Source: Candidatus Pacearchaeota archaeon (lineage in GTDB: Archaea > Nanobdellota > Nanobdellia > Pacearchaeales > GW2011-AR1). Taken from it: a stretch of 64,000 bases of DNA. This document shows positions 18,869 to 28,980 of this stretch, piece by piece. The DNA is taken from positions 179,812-243,811 of the forward strand of contig JBAZWF010000001.1 of the NCBI GenBank assembly GCA_041660485.1. The letters run 5' to 3'. Position 1 is the stretch's first letter; each line of letters begins with the position of its first letter. Under the pieces are notes generated by a model. The model had not been told where the DNA came from and did not search any database. It saw nothing but the letters and a program-made list of their open reading frames with translations. Both the position numbers and the translations under genes were made by a program.

Positions 18869-19128
18869 TGTGTAGGATTGAATGAAATGAAATCCTAGCG
18901 ACACACGGCACTAAGAATTTTTTCTTGAAATTCTTTCAGCCGGGTGGCGCATAAATGGGATTTATAAAATCCCATATAATACTTCATGAATTGAACCCGG
19001 GGTTCAATTACTTCAAAATGTATTTTGAATGTTGCCAAAACCTAGAAAACCTTTGGTTTTTTAGGCACAAAAAATCTTTGATTTTTTAGTGTTTTATTAA
19101 AAATTTTTAGCACCCGGGTGGCGCATTT
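18869..19128 (+). other. Extra tRNA-Gly 3'-end copies: CCGGGTGGCGCA at 18940-18951, a T-arm 5' half CCCGGGGTTCAATT at ~18996-19009 and CCCGGGTGGCGCA at 19116-19128, interspersed with hairpins
   Basis: Direct reading. Only the last copy is followed by an oligo-T tract. A second TTGCCAA occurs at ~19031. Confidence 0.5.
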
Positions 19129-19173
19129 TTTCTTTATAATAACCTTTAAAAGCATAAGCATAACAGAATATCT

Positions 19174-19542
19174 ATGGATATTGAAATAATTAAGAAAAAC
19201 CTTGAAAGAATGCTTGGACAAGAAAGATATTGTATGGACTTTGAATTAGTAGATGAAAGTATTGGAGGAAATGCAGGATTTTATGAAAAACGTCCGTGTG
19301 CAGGAGCTAATTTTTATTATAATCCAACAAGTGGGAAAATAAAAGCATTTGGCATTTGTCAAATTATTCCAAAAGAGATTCTGTCAAGATACCCAAAAGG
19401 AAGTTTTAGAGTTACTATTTCTCCATATAGCGAAATTGTAAATTGCTATTTACAAGAAGGAGCTAGTTCTGAAGCTCAAAGTAATATTTCTGAATCAATT
19501 AAAATATATAATGTTGTCAAAAAATCTCAAGTGAAAAAATAA
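19174..19542 (+). CDS. Hypothetical protein (122 aa)
   Basis: ORF only. Confidence 0.5.
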   Translation: MDIEIIKKNLERMLGQERYCMDFELVDESIGGNAGFYEKRPCAGANFYYNPTSGKIKAFGICQIIPKEILSRYPKGSFRVTISPYSEIVNCYLQEGASSEAQSNISESIKIYNVVKKSQVKK

Positions 19543-19573
19543 AAAAAGTAAAGTAAAAAATAAAAAAAAATAT

Positions 19574-19759
19574 TTACTTCTTCTTAGAAGCTTTTTCACA
19601 CCATTTGCATTTGCATCCTGTCCAAACAATTATAATTATTAAAACAGCTGAAATAATTAATACCCATTTTGTAATTTCGCTGCTTAATATAGTTGGCCAA
19701 AAAGTAAGTGCAAGAATAATTAATGCAAGTATTGTTATACCCCAATTAGCACATGTCAT
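19574..19759 (-). CDS. Small membrane protein (61 aa) with a C-terminal CKCKWC motif
   Basis: Two hydrophobic helices; GGAGGT lies upstream on the minus strand. Confidence 0.45.
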   Translation of the reverse strand: MTCANWGITILALIILALTFWPTILSSEITKWVLIISAVLIIIIVWTGCKCKWCEKASKKK

Positions 19760-19867
19760 ATTTTTACCTCCTTATAATTAATAGAAAAATATAGTTTAAG
19801 AATATTTCTTTTTTAGTTAGGCTGATTACCACATAAATCTTTAAAAATTTGAAATATACCATATTTT

Positions 19868-20056
19868 ATGGAAGATTTAAAAGAAAAAGGATTAGGAGAT
19901 TTGGTAAGAGAAGTAATTAAACTTGAGATAAATAAAGATCATTTTCCTGAAATGATTAAAGAAGAAGAACGAAAATTAGATATTAAAATTAATCAATATT
20001 ACGAAGAAATTAATAGAAGAGACAAAGCATTAAGAGAAACTTACAAATTTTATTAG
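19868..20056 (+). CDS. Small charged helical protein (62 aa) upstream of the thermosome gene
   Basis: ORF only. Confidence 0.4.
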   Translation: MEDLKEKGLGDLVREVIKLEINKDHFPEMIKEEERKLDIKINQYYEEINRRDKALRETYKFY

Positions 20057-20091
20057 TTTCATATTAATTTAATTAAAAAATAAAAAAGAAA

Positions 20092-21705
20092 ATGAATGAC
20101 AAACAATCAGTATATGTTTTGCCTGAAAATGTTCAAAGAATGCTTGGGCAGGATGCACAAAGAAATAATATTTTAGCAGCAAGAATAGTTGCAGATACAG
20201 TTAAAACTACTCTTGGACCAAAAGGAATGGATAAAATGTTAGTAGATAGTGTAGGAAACATAGTTATTACAAATGATGGAGTTACAATTTTAGAAGAAAT
20301 GGAAATTGAACATCCTGCTGCAAAAATGATGGTTGAAATTGCTAAAACACAAGAAAATGAAGTTGGAGATGGGACAACAACTGCTGTAATGATAGCCGGA
20401 AGACTTTTAGAAAATGCAGAAAAATTGCTTGATAAGAAAATTCATCCAACAGTCATAACTAAAGGTTATCAAATAGCTTCTGAAAAGTCAATTGAAATTC
20501 TTAACTCACTTGCAACAAGAGTTACAACAGATGATGACAAAATTTTAAGGCAAATTGCAATAACTTCAATGACTGGAAAAAGTGTTGAAGGGGTAAAAGA
20601 GAAATTTGCAGAAATTATTGTTAATTCAGTTAAACTAATTGAAGATTATGGAAAAATAGATTTAAGTAATATTAAAATTGAAAAAAGTAAAGGAGACAGT
20701 ATTAAAGATACTGAATTAATTTCTGGAATTGTCTTAAATAATGAAAAAATCAACATTGATATGCCTTCAAATATTGACAATGCAAGAATTGCTCTTTTTG
20801 ATTTTGCAATTGAACTAAAAAATTTAGACATTGAAACAAAAATAAATATTTCAACACCTGACCAACTTCAAGGATTTATTGATTCAGAAGAAAGAATTTT
20901 AAAAGAAATGATTGAAAAAATAAAAAAATCTGGAGCAAATGTTGTTTTCTGTCAAAAGGGAATTGATGATATTGCTCAGTATTATTTAACTAAAAATAAA
21001 ATCTATGCATGCAGAAGAGTTTCTAAAAGCGATTTAGAAAAATTAGCAATGGCTACAGGAGGAAAAATAATAAGCAATCTTAATGAGTTAAGCAGTGATG
21101 ATTTAGGAAGTGCAAAAAGTGTAGAAGAAGTAAGAAAAGGAGATAATGCAATGACTTATGTTAGAGGTTGCATAAATCCCAAAGCAATAACAATAATGAT
21201 TAGAGGGGGTTCTGAACATGTTATCGATGAAACAGAAAGAGCTATAAAAGATGGGCTTGGAGATGTTGGAGCAGTTTTAAAAGATGGTATGGTTGTAGCA
21301 GGTGGTGGAGCAATTGAAATTGAGCTAGCTAAGAAACTAAGAGAATTTTCCCAAAGCTTATCAGGCCGCGAACAGCTAGCAGTAGAAGAATTTGCATCTG
21401 CTTTAGAATATATTCCAATTACTCTTGCAGAAAATGCAGGTTTAGACCCTATTGATATAATAACTGAATTAAAAGCGCAACATGAAAACAATGAAAAATA
21501 TTTTGGCTTAAACCTATTCAATGGAAAAGTTGAAAATACATTTGATGCAGGTATTATTGAACCCTTAAAAGTCAAAACTCAGGCAATAAGCTCTGCTTCA
21601 GAAGTTGCTATAATGATTCTAAGAATTGATGATGTCATAGCAAGTTCCAGAAGCAAAAAATCAAATTCCCGAGAGGGAATGATTCCTGGAATGGGTTTTG
21701 AATAA
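20092..21705 (+). CDS. ths: Thermosome subunit (group II chaperonin)
   Basis: [53 protein letters not shown]. Confidence 0.95.
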   Translation: MNDKQSVYVLPENVQRMLGQDAQRNNILAARIVADTVKTTLGPKGMDKMLVDSVGNIVITNDGVTILEEMEIEHPAAKMMVEIAKTQENEVGDGTTTAVMIAGRLLENAEKLLDKKIHPTVITKGYQIASEKSIEILNSLATRVTTDDDKILRQIAITSMTGKSVEGVKEKFAEIIVNSVKLIEDYGKIDLSNIKIEKSKGDSIKDTELISGIVLNNEKINIDMPSNIDNARIALFDFAIELKNLDIETKINISTPDQLQGFIDSEERILKEMIEKIKKSGANVVFCQKGIDDIAQYYLTKNKIYACRRVSKSDLEKLAMATGGKIISNLNELSSDDLGSAKSVEEVRKGDNAMTYVRGCINPKAITIMIRGGSEHVIDETERAIKDGLGDVGAVLKDGMVVAGGGAIEIELAKKLREFSQSLSGREQLAVEEFASALEYIPITLAENAGLDPIDIITELKAQHENNEKYFGLNLFNGKVENTFDAGIIEPLKVKTQAISSASEVAIMILRIDDVIASSRSKKSNSREGMIPGMGFE

Positions 21706-21817
21706 AGAAATCGCGGAAATTTGTTATCTCTATAGTAATACTTAAGGCATTCTTCGCAAATTTCCTAGACGCGATTTCTAATTTTATTTTTCGAATTAAA
21801 CTGCGGCAAGATCGCAG
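21706..21817 (+). other. Long imperfect hairpin (AGAAATCGCGGAAATTTG ... CAAATTTCC-TAGA-CGCGATTTCT, 21706-21779) plus a second small hairpin CTGCG-GCAAGAT-CGCAG (21801-21817), immediately 3' of the thermosome gene
   Basis: Inverted repeats read directly. They are GC-rich relative to their surroundings. Confidence 0.4.
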
Positions 21818-21894
21818 GTTATTAAATCTAAAAAACAAAATAAAATAAATTATTTTTTAGTAATATTTATATACGCTTGATTTGTTATTACTCT

Positions 21895-22395
21895 ATGGCT
21901 GAGAAAGATAAAATTACTGAATCAAAAGTAAAATATTCAGGCATATTTGATTTCAAAGAGGTTTACCAATTTGTCTACAGATGGCTTGATGAAGAAGATT
22001 ATTGGATTGAAGAAAAGAAATATATTGAAGAAGTTTCAGGAGATACAAAAAAAGTTGAAATACAGTGGATTGCATCTAAAAAAATTTCTGATTATTTCAA
22101 ATTCGAGCATAAACTTAATTGGAGAATTATTGGTTTAACTTCAATTGAAGTTGAAAAAAACGGAAAAAAGATAAAAATGAATAAAGGTAATTTTGAAATT
22201 AAAATTGCTTCAACATTAGTTAAAGATTGGGAAGGAACCTGGGAAAAACAACCTTACATGAAATTTTTAAGAGGACTTTATGATAGATTTTTAATTGAAG
22301 GAAGAATTAAATCATATGAAATTAAATGTTTCTTAGATGGACAAGACCTTGCAGAGCAGATAAAAGCATTTTTTGCAATTGAAGGTATGAAATAA
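21895..22395 (+). CDS. Hypothetical protein (166 aa from the first ATG)
   Basis: ORF; the track start at 21877 is a TTG, and ATG MAEKDK is at 21895. Confidence 0.55.
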   Translation: MAEKDKITESKVKYSGIFDFKEVYQFVYRWLDEEDYWIEEKKYIEEVSGDTKKVEIQWIASKKISDYFKFEHKLNWRIIGLTSIEVEKNGKKIKMNKGNFEIKIASTLVKDWEGTWEKQPYMKFLRGLYDRFLIEGRIKSYEIKCFLDGQDLAEQIKAFFAIEGMK

Positions 22396-22463
22396 TTTAA
22401 TAGTTTTTGTTATAATATAAGGGTAAAAACTATATCAAATTCTATCCAAAACTTTATATATTA

Positions 22464-23894
22464 ATGCTTCATAAACTTCTTAATATGATAAAAAAAGTGG
22501 TTGTATTTGGGGTGTTTGTACTGTTTTTAATGTTAAATATAAGTTTAATTTGCGCTTCAAGCTTAACAGTAAGCTCTCAACCAGTTGTCTCTACAATCAT
22601 TAATGACCATGATAAACCATTAATTTTTGATGTTAGAATAACAAATAATGCAGGAGCTTCAACATTTCAAATTTACAGCTTTGAACAATTCAGAATAGAA
22701 CCAAGCGAAGTTGAACTAAAAACTGGAGAAACAAAAACAGTTAAAGTTGAATTTTATCCAACTGGCTCAATGAGAGAAAATACCGGTTATATTACTATAC
22801 CAGTCTATATTAAAAACAAAGCAATAAACGAACAGGGAGAACTAAGTAAAATAGTTGTTAAATTAGTCAGTTTCTCAGAAGCATTTGATATTGGAGGGGA
22901 AAATATTAACTTAAATTCAAGTGAAATAAAGGTTTATTTCTATAATAGAGAAGATGCAACTTATGAAAATATAGATGCAACATTTTCATCTGCTTTTTTT
23001 GATGATACAAAAAGATCAATTTCATTAAAACCTTACCAAAAATACGAACTTACAATTCCTATAAATTACGGCAAGATAAAAAAACTTATTGCAGGAACAT
23101 ACAGCATTACTTCTAATATTAATTTAGATGGAAAAAGTGTTACTTTATCAGGATATATTAAAATATTAGAAAAATCAGGATTAACAGTCAGTCAGCAAGC
23201 AAGTGGCTTAATAATAAGAAATGATATAATTGAAAAAACAAATGAAGGAAACATTCCACTTGTTGCAGAAATTAATGTAAGAAAAAATATAATTTCAAGA
23301 TTATTCACAACATTTTCACTTGAACCAAATCGTGTTGAAAGAAGCGGATTTTTTATTGATTATGTATGGCAGAAAGAATTAAATCCAGATGAAAAAATTA
23401 AAGTTAATGTTACAACAAATTGGATATTTCCATTCTTATTGTTAATTGCTTTTATTGTTATAGTTATTTTAATCAATGCATATATAAGACAAAATCTAGT
23501 TATTACAAAAAAAGTTGGATTTGTAAGAACAAAAACAAATGATTTTGCACTTAGAGTAACTGTTCATGTTAAAGCAAGAAAGTTTATGGAAAAAGTTGTA
23601 ATCTATGATAGACTTCCAGGAATTGCAAAGCTTTATGAAAGATTTGGAGAGCCACCAACAAAATTCAGTGCAGAAAGCGGATTAATGCAATGGAATATTC
23701 CATATCTCTCTCCAGGAGAAGAAAGAGTATTTTCATATGTATTTTATTCAAAAATTAATGTTGTTGGCAAGTTTGAATTGCCTTCTTCAACCGGAGTTTA
23801 CGAAATGCAAGGCAAGATGCATGAAACACATTCTAACAGAGCTTTCTTTATTAATGAACCAAAAAAAGCTTCTAAACACGATGAATTTTCTTAA
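22464..23894 (+). CDS. Membrane-anchored or secreted hypothetical protein (signal peptide, one internal TM)
   Basis: N-terminal hydrophobic segment; TM WIFPFLLLIAFIVIVILINAYI. Confidence 0.6.
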   Translation: MLHKLLNMIKKVVVFGVFVLFLMLNISLICASSLTVSSQPVVSTIINDHDKPLIFDVRITNNAGASTFQIYSFEQFRIEPSEVELKTGETKTVKVEFYPTGSMRENTGYITIPVYIKNKAINEQGELSKIVVKLVSFSEAFDIGGENINLNSSEIKVYFYNREDATYENIDATFSSAFFDDTKRSISLKPYQKYELTIPINYGKIKKLIAGTYSITSNINLDGKSVTLSGYIKILEKSGLTVSQQASGLIIRNDIIEKTNEGNIPLVAEINVRKNIISRLFTTFSLEPNRVERSGFFIDYVWQKELNPDEKIKVNVTTNWIFPFLLLIAFIVIVILINAYIRQNLVITKKVGFVRTKTNDFALRVTVHVKARKFMEKVVIYDRLPGIAKLYERFGEPPTKFSAESGLMQWNIPYLSPGEERVFSYVFYSKINVVGKFELPSSTGVYEMQGKMHETHSNRAFFINEPKKASKHDEFS

Positions 23895-24052
23895 GAAAAC
23901 TTAAGATTAGGTGTAAATTTATTAATCTAAATTATAACTTATAAAAAAGTAAGTAAGAATAGGATTATTTAATTAATCATAAAGTATATTAAATAATTTG
24001 ATAAAAAAGGATATAGGAACTTTTAAAAATCAATATAGCTATTAATTTTCAT

Positions 24053-24206
24053 CCCTTCATAGCTTAGTGGTTTAAAGCGCCTGGCTGTAGACAATGTCTA
24101 GGGTGGACTGTTCCGTATGGAATATAGAATGAAACCTGATTAGAATAAATCCGCTACGGATTTAGCAGACCCCGGGAGATCCCCAGTTCAACTCTGGGTG
24201 GAGGGA
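24053..24206 (+). tRNA. tRNA-Tyr (anticodon GUA) with a ~80-nt intron in or next to the anticodon loop (about 24092-24171)
   Basis: Acceptor CCCTTCA/TGAGGG-type pairing (CCCTTCA with TGGAGGG, one G-U), D arm GCTT...AAGC, anticodon arm CCTGG-CTGTAGA-[intron]-CCGGG, T arm CCCAG-TTCAACT-CTGGG, discriminator A. Confidence 0.8.
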
Positions 24207-24275
24207 TTTTTCTTATTCATAAATTAGATTCTTAAGAATAATAATATTTAAATAATAAGCTAGTTGAGATTAAAC

Positions 24276-24590
24276 ATGGTTGAAGAAAAAATAGAAGAAT
24301 TAGTGCCATATAGGGGAGATATTGTTGGTTGTGGTAGTCATAGTAATAATAGTAAAGGTAATGAAGATTATTATCTTGTTCTTCAAGAAGAGAATTCTAA
24401 ACAATTTATACAAATTGAATATTCTAATTATCCTAGCAGTTTATGGAATGTATTATATACTGAAAGGCAAAGGTTAGAATCAAAAAAGAAAAGTTCTAAG
24501 GTTGAAATATATCTTACTGAAAAAATTTGTAATGAAAAAGCAAGTTATACTGGAAAGGGAATGATTAAACTTCTTGGGCTTACTAGTTAA
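24276..24590 (+). CDS. Hypothetical protein (104 aa from the ATG)
   Basis: ORF only. Confidence 0.45.
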   Translation: MVEEKIEELVPYRGDIVGCGSHSNNSKGNEDYYLVLQEENSKQFIQIEYSNYPSSLWNVLYTERQRLESKKKSSKVEIYLTEKICNEKASYTGKGMIKLLGLTS

Positions 24591-24619
24591 TTTTATAAAT
24601 CTCTTAAAAATAGAGTTTA

Positions 24620-25327
24620 ATGGCAAATGAAAGAAAAACTAAAATTCCTATTCCAATAACATACATAATTCTTAGGCAAATACATAAATCAGCACAAATA
24701 CTTCAAAGAGACAATTCAGAAATAGCAGAAGATTATCGAAACGGAATGATTATGCCAGAAATTGTTGAAAAATATTCTATTTCAGAAAAATTCAAAATCT
24801 CCCCAGAAGTTGCAAGAAGTATTGTAAGATATGCTTTAGTTGGAAACCAACAAGGCAGAACAATATATAATGGACTAATACCTGCTAAAGAATTTGAAGA
24901 ACTTGCTTTTGAACATAGGTCGAAAAATGGAATGAAAAATGGAACTATTACTGGGAAAAAATTCTATGAAGAAAAAAAAGGGCTTTTTGCTAGAGGTATT
25001 GAACAAGTAGTAGAAGCAGGAAAAAAAGGAGGAAAAATAGGGGGAAATAAATTATATTTAGAAAAAAGAGGAATTCATGCCTATAGCCATGAAGAAAATG
25101 TTGAAAACGGAAAACAAAGTGCATTATCTCGCGGTTTTAATCTATGGGGTGAAGAGGAAATTGAGTTTACGAAAGAATTAATTAATTCTCCAGAATATCG
25201 AAAAGGAAGTTTTGTTAAAAGAGTTAAAATTTGTGAACAAGTTAATAATCAATTCCACAACGGAAAATATATTCGTGATCCTCAAGCAATTTCTTATTTA
25301 ATGTATAAATTGAAAAATAAAAAGTAA
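24620..25327 (+). CDS. Hypothetical protein (235 aa)
   Basis: ORF with an internal repeat G-K-(F/L)Y-(E/L)EK-(K/R)G. Followed by hairpin AAAAAACAAT-N6-ATTGTTTTTT. Confidence 0.55.
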   Translation: MANERKTKIPIPITYIILRQIHKSAQILQRDNSEIAEDYRNGMIMPEIVEKYSISEKFKISPEVARSIVRYALVGNQQGRTIYNGLIPAKEFEELAFEHRSKNGMKNGTITGKKFYEEKKGLFARGIEQVVEAGKKGGKIGGNKLYLEKRGIHAYSHEENVENGKQSALSRGFNLWGEEEIEFTKELINSPEYRKGSFVKRVKICEQVNNQFHNGKYIRDPQAISYLMYKLKNKK

Positions 25328-25465
25328 AATCATCAAAAAAACAATAGTTCCATTGTTTTTTGGATGCTCGGGAATTAAAATACTAATATTTAACTATATT
25401 ATAAATAATATAGTTTTAATTCCCTACATAATAATCCTTATAAAGGCTTCAAAATATAAAACGCG

Positions 25466-26500
25466 ATGAAACGAAGAGAATTTTTAAGATATATGGGAAG
25501 CCTATTACCTTATTATTTATTACCAGATTATGAAAAAAATCAGAATAATGAAGTTACAATATGTGGTGCAGGAGATGTAACACTTGGAGGCGCATTTCCG
25601 TATATGTTTGAAAAAGTAAAAAAAGAGAATGGAGAAGATAAAGCTTTCAAAGCACCTTTTGAAAAAGTATGTAAATACTTTTGTGATTCAGATATTAATA
25701 TTGTTAATCTTGAAGGTGCATTAACTAATTCAAATAAAATAAGACCAAAAAAATTTAATTTTAAAGGAGACCCTAAATATGCAAAATGTTTAAATGAGGG
25801 GAATATTCCAATTGTTAATCTTGCAAATAATCATATAATGGATTTTTATGAAGAAGGGGCATTAGATACAATATGCACATTAAATGATTGTAATATAAAA
25901 TATTGTGGAGCAGGAAAAAATATTGAAGATGCATCTACTCCAAGGTTCTTAGAAAGAAATAATGTAAAAGTTGGATTTTTAGGTTATGCTTGGGTTGGTG
26001 CTGATTATCCTGCAAAAAAAGCTTCTGCAGGAACAAATCAAATAAATAAAGAAAAAATTAAAAATGAAGTTAGAGATGCCAAAGATAATTGTAATGTTTT
26101 AGTTGTTTCTACACATTGGGGCGATGAAAGAGAATCATATCCGAATTCAATTCAAAAAGATTTTGGAAAATTAATTATCGATAGTGGAGCAGATATAATT
26201 TTTGCCCATCATCCTCATGTATTACAAGGAATTGAAAAATATAATAATGGAATAATCTTTTATAGTTTAGGCAATTTTGCATTCGGAGGAAATACTTTTC
26301 CTTCAGATAGAGATTCAATGATTGCAAAAGTTAAATGCACAAAAAATGGAGTTAATAATTTTGAGGTTGTACCTATAATAACTCATCCGCAATGCGGGAT
26401 TTATCAACCATTTGTTCCATCAGATGGGGAAAGAATTATTGATAAATTAAAAGAAAGATCTAAATCATTATTAAATGAAGAGATTAAAATGTTAATATAA
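25466..26500 (+). CDS. CapA-family (poly-gamma-glutamate synthesis-type) metallophosphatase-fold protein
   Basis: GDVTLGG, NLEGALT, LANNHIMDF, STHWGDE, GADIIFAHHPHVLQGIE, YSLGNFAFGG. Confidence 0.8.
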   Translation: MKRREFLRYMGSLLPYYLLPDYEKNQNNEVTICGAGDVTLGGAFPYMFEKVKKENGEDKAFKAPFEKVCKYFCDSDINIVNLEGALTNSNKIRPKKFNFKGDPKYAKCLNEGNIPIVNLANNHIMDFYEEGALDTICTLNDCNIKYCGAGKNIEDASTPRFLERNNVKVGFLGYAWVGADYPAKKASAGTNQINKEKIKNEVRDAKDNCNVLVVSTHWGDERESYPNSIQKDFGKLIIDSGADIIFAHHPHVLQGIEKYNNGIIFYSLGNFAFGGNTFPSDRDSMIAKVKCTKNGVNNFEVVPIITHPQCGIYQPFVPSDGERIIDKLKERSKSLLNEEIKMLI

Positions 26501-26849
26501 TAATATAAATGAATATTAATAGTTAAATTATCAAAATGGGTTGAAATAATAATTTATTACCCTTTTTATATTTATCCTCTATTAATTTATATCGCTTGAA
26601 TCATAAAAAGATTTAAAAAGATAACATATTTATCAGAAATAGTTAAAATAAAGAGGATAAATGGTACGAAAAGAAACTGCCGAAGAGGAATTAGAAAAGG
26701 ACATTGATGAAGATGATATTGATGAATTCCCTGTCGAAGAAGATTTAGATCAACTTGATCAAACGTGGTAAAGAATTTTTTATTTTTTTATTTTTTTCTT
26801 AATTTTTTGCCAGAGATATTTATTTAAAGCAATACAATTTTAAATTAAT

Positions 26850-28025
26850 ATGTTAATCGGACTTATTGGTAAGCCTAATGTGGGAAAAAGCACTTTTTTT
26901 AAAGCTGCTACAATGGCAGATGTTCTTATTGCAAATTATCCTTTTGCAACAATAAAAGCAAATCACGGAATGGCTTATGTTAAGATTAAAGATTTAGCTG
27001 CAGAATTTGATAAAGTATCCAATCCTAGAGAAGGTTATGTTAAAGAAGGCTGGAGATTTGTTCCATGTGATTTAATGGATGTTGCAGGGCTTGTAGAAGG
27101 TGCAAGTGAAGGCAGAGGGCTTGGAAATGAGTTTCTGAATGATTTGGCAGGGGCAGATGCATTTATTCATATTGTAGATATGAGCGGAGAAACAGATGGC
27201 GAAGGTAAACCAACTGAAAACTATAATCCTGCAAATGATATAAAATTTATTGAAAAAGAACTAGATTTGTGGTATCTAGGTATTTTAAAAAAAGTATGGA
27301 AAACATTTTCAAGAACTGTTGAAGCACAAAAAACGAATTTCGCAGAAGCAATTTTCAAGCAATTTTCTGGGTTAAAAGTATCAATTGAAGATGTAAAACA
27401 CGTTGTTTTGAAAAGCGGGTTAAATGTTGAGCATCCAAGCAAATGGACCGAAGAAAATATAATGCATTTTGCAAGAACAATGAGAAAAGAGACAAAGCCA
27501 ATGATTATTGCTGCAAATAAAATTGATAGGCCAAATGGCAGAGAGAACTATGAAAAAATTAAAGAAGAATTTGATTATCCTATTGTTCCGTGCTTTGCAG
27601 AAGGAGAATTAACATTAAGACAAGCAGACAAAAACGAAATAATTGATTATATTCCGGGGGAAAAAAGCTTTAAAATTAAAAAAGAACTAAATGAAAAGCA
27701 GAAATTAGCAATTAATGAAATAAAAAAGATAATGGACGAGTTTGGAGGCACAGGTGTTCAGGAAATTATGAATAAAGTTGTTTTTGATATTTTAAAACAA
27801 GTTGCTATTTTTCCAGCAGGTTCAAAAATGGAAGACAGTAAAGGAAATGTGCTTCCAGATTGTTTTTTAATGCCTCAAGGTTCAACTGCTTTAGATTTTG
27901 CTTATCGATTACATAGCGACATTGGAGATAATTTTGTTAAAGCAGTTCATATTAAAACAAAAAAAGCTGTTGGCAAAGATTATGTTTTAAAGCATCTTGA
28001 TGGGTTAGAGATTATGGTTAAATAG
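26850..28025 (+). CDS. Obg/YchF-like GTP-binding protein with a C-terminal TGS-like domain
   Basis: P-loop GKPNVGKSTFF, DVAGLV, AANKID. Confidence 0.85.
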   Translation: MLIGLIGKPNVGKSTFFKAATMADVLIANYPFATIKANHGMAYVKIKDLAAEFDKVSNPREGYVKEGWRFVPCDLMDVAGLVEGASEGRGLGNEFLNDLAGADAFIHIVDMSGETDGEGKPTENYNPANDIKFIEKELDLWYLGILKKVWKTFSRTVEAQKTNFAEAIFKQFSGLKVSIEDVKHVVLKSGLNVEHPSKWTEENIMHFARTMRKETKPMIIAANKIDRPNGRENYEKIKEEFDYPIVPCFAEGELTLRQADKNEIIDYIPGEKSFKIKKELNEKQKLAINEIKKIMDEFGGTGVQEIMNKVVFDILKQVAIFPAGSKMEDSKGNVLPDCFLMPQGSTALDFAYRLHSDIGDNFVKAVHIKTKKAVGKDYVLKHLDGLEIMVK

Positions 28026-28035
28026 GTTAAGTAGA

Positions 28036-28260
28036 ATGATAATAAATGTTAAAGTAAAACCAAAAAGTGGGAAAAGTGAAATAATTGAAGTTGTGAAAGA
28101 TAAAGATTATATAATAAATGTTAAAGCAGAGCCTGAAAATAATAAGGCAAATATTGAGTTAATTAATCTGCTAGCTAAATATTTTAAAGTTTCAAGCAAT
28201 AATATTAAAATAAAAAGAGGATTAACAAGTAGAAATAAGATTGTTGAGATAAATAATTAA
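28036..28260 (+). CDS. DUF167 (YggU-like) protein, copy 1
   Basis: KVKPKSGKSEI...VKAEPENNKANIELINLLAKYFKV...IKIKRGLTSRNKIVEI. Confidence 0.7.
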   Translation: MIINVKVKPKSGKSEIIEVVKDKDYIINVKAEPENNKANIELINLLAKYFKVSSNNIKIKRGLTSRNKIVEINN

Positions 28261-28261
28261 A

Positions 28262-28486
28262 ATGAAAGGAGATATTGTTGTTAAAGTAAAATTAGGGTCA
28301 ATGAAAAAGTCTATTGAGAATTTTGGTGCAGACAGATATTTAATAAAAACAGATTCAACTGAACATAACACTGCAAATCGAGATATTGTTACAATGCTTT
28401 CAAGATATATGGGTATTCCTGAGAATAAGATTATTTTAAAATCAGGATTAGCAAGCGAAGATAAAGTTTTCCAGCTTGTGATGTAA
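28262..28486 (+). CDS. DUF167 (YggU-like) protein, copy 2 (diverged tandem paralog)
   Basis: Same length (74 aa). NTANRDIVTMLSRYMGIPENKIILKSGLASEDKVFQL parallels copy 1. Confidence 0.65.
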   Translation: MKGDIVVKVKLGSMKKSIENFGADRYLIKTDSTEHNTANRDIVTMLSRYMGIPENKIILKSGLASEDKVFQLVM

Positions 28487-28531
28487 ATTAATAATATAAA
28501 TCTTTAAAAACTAGAATATGAAATTATCCTA

Positions 28532-28945
28532 ATGGGAATAGAATCTCCTGCAGTTGTTGAACAAATTAAAGCAAATTTAGAAGTTTTAATTATTAACCAA
28601 TATAATCCCGATATTTTTAATTTATTAAAATTAATTAATCCTAGGAATTTTCATGCTAGGGACTTAAGTCCTAAAGAACAACCTAAAGAAAATGAATTAG
28701 AAGCTACAAAATTCAGGAAACTTGCGCGTTATACTTTTTATGAACTTAAAACAGGGCCTGAAAATGTTCTTGGCGCTGTTAAAAAATCAATTAGTGATAG
28801 AGCATTAGGTTATAGAAAAGAATTAGAAGAATTATCTAATTTTTATGGGTTTCAAATTGGAGACACAAGTTTAGGAGACTGGGTTAAAGCTAAAAAATTT
28901 GCTGCTTCAAGAGTTAGCAGTCATTACGGTACTCCCCTTATTTGA
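28532..28945 (+). CDS. Hypothetical protein (137 aa)
   Basis: ORF only. Confidence 0.5.
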   Translation: MGIESPAVVEQIKANLEVLIINQYNPDIFNLLKLINPRNFHARDLSPKEQPKENELEATKFRKLARYTFYELKTGPENVLGAVKKSISDRALGYRKELEELSNFYGFQIGDTSLGDWVKAKKFAASRVSSHYGTPLI

Positions 28946-28980
28946 ACAATCTTTAAATATTGATTTTTCTGATTATATTA

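Noticed and set aside
26661-26771. 36-aa very acidic ORF (MVRKETAEEELEKDIDEDDIDEFPVEEDLDQLDQTW) with an AGAGGA upstream
   Set aside because: It is too short and low-complexity to support without conservation data, so it is not listed as a feature.
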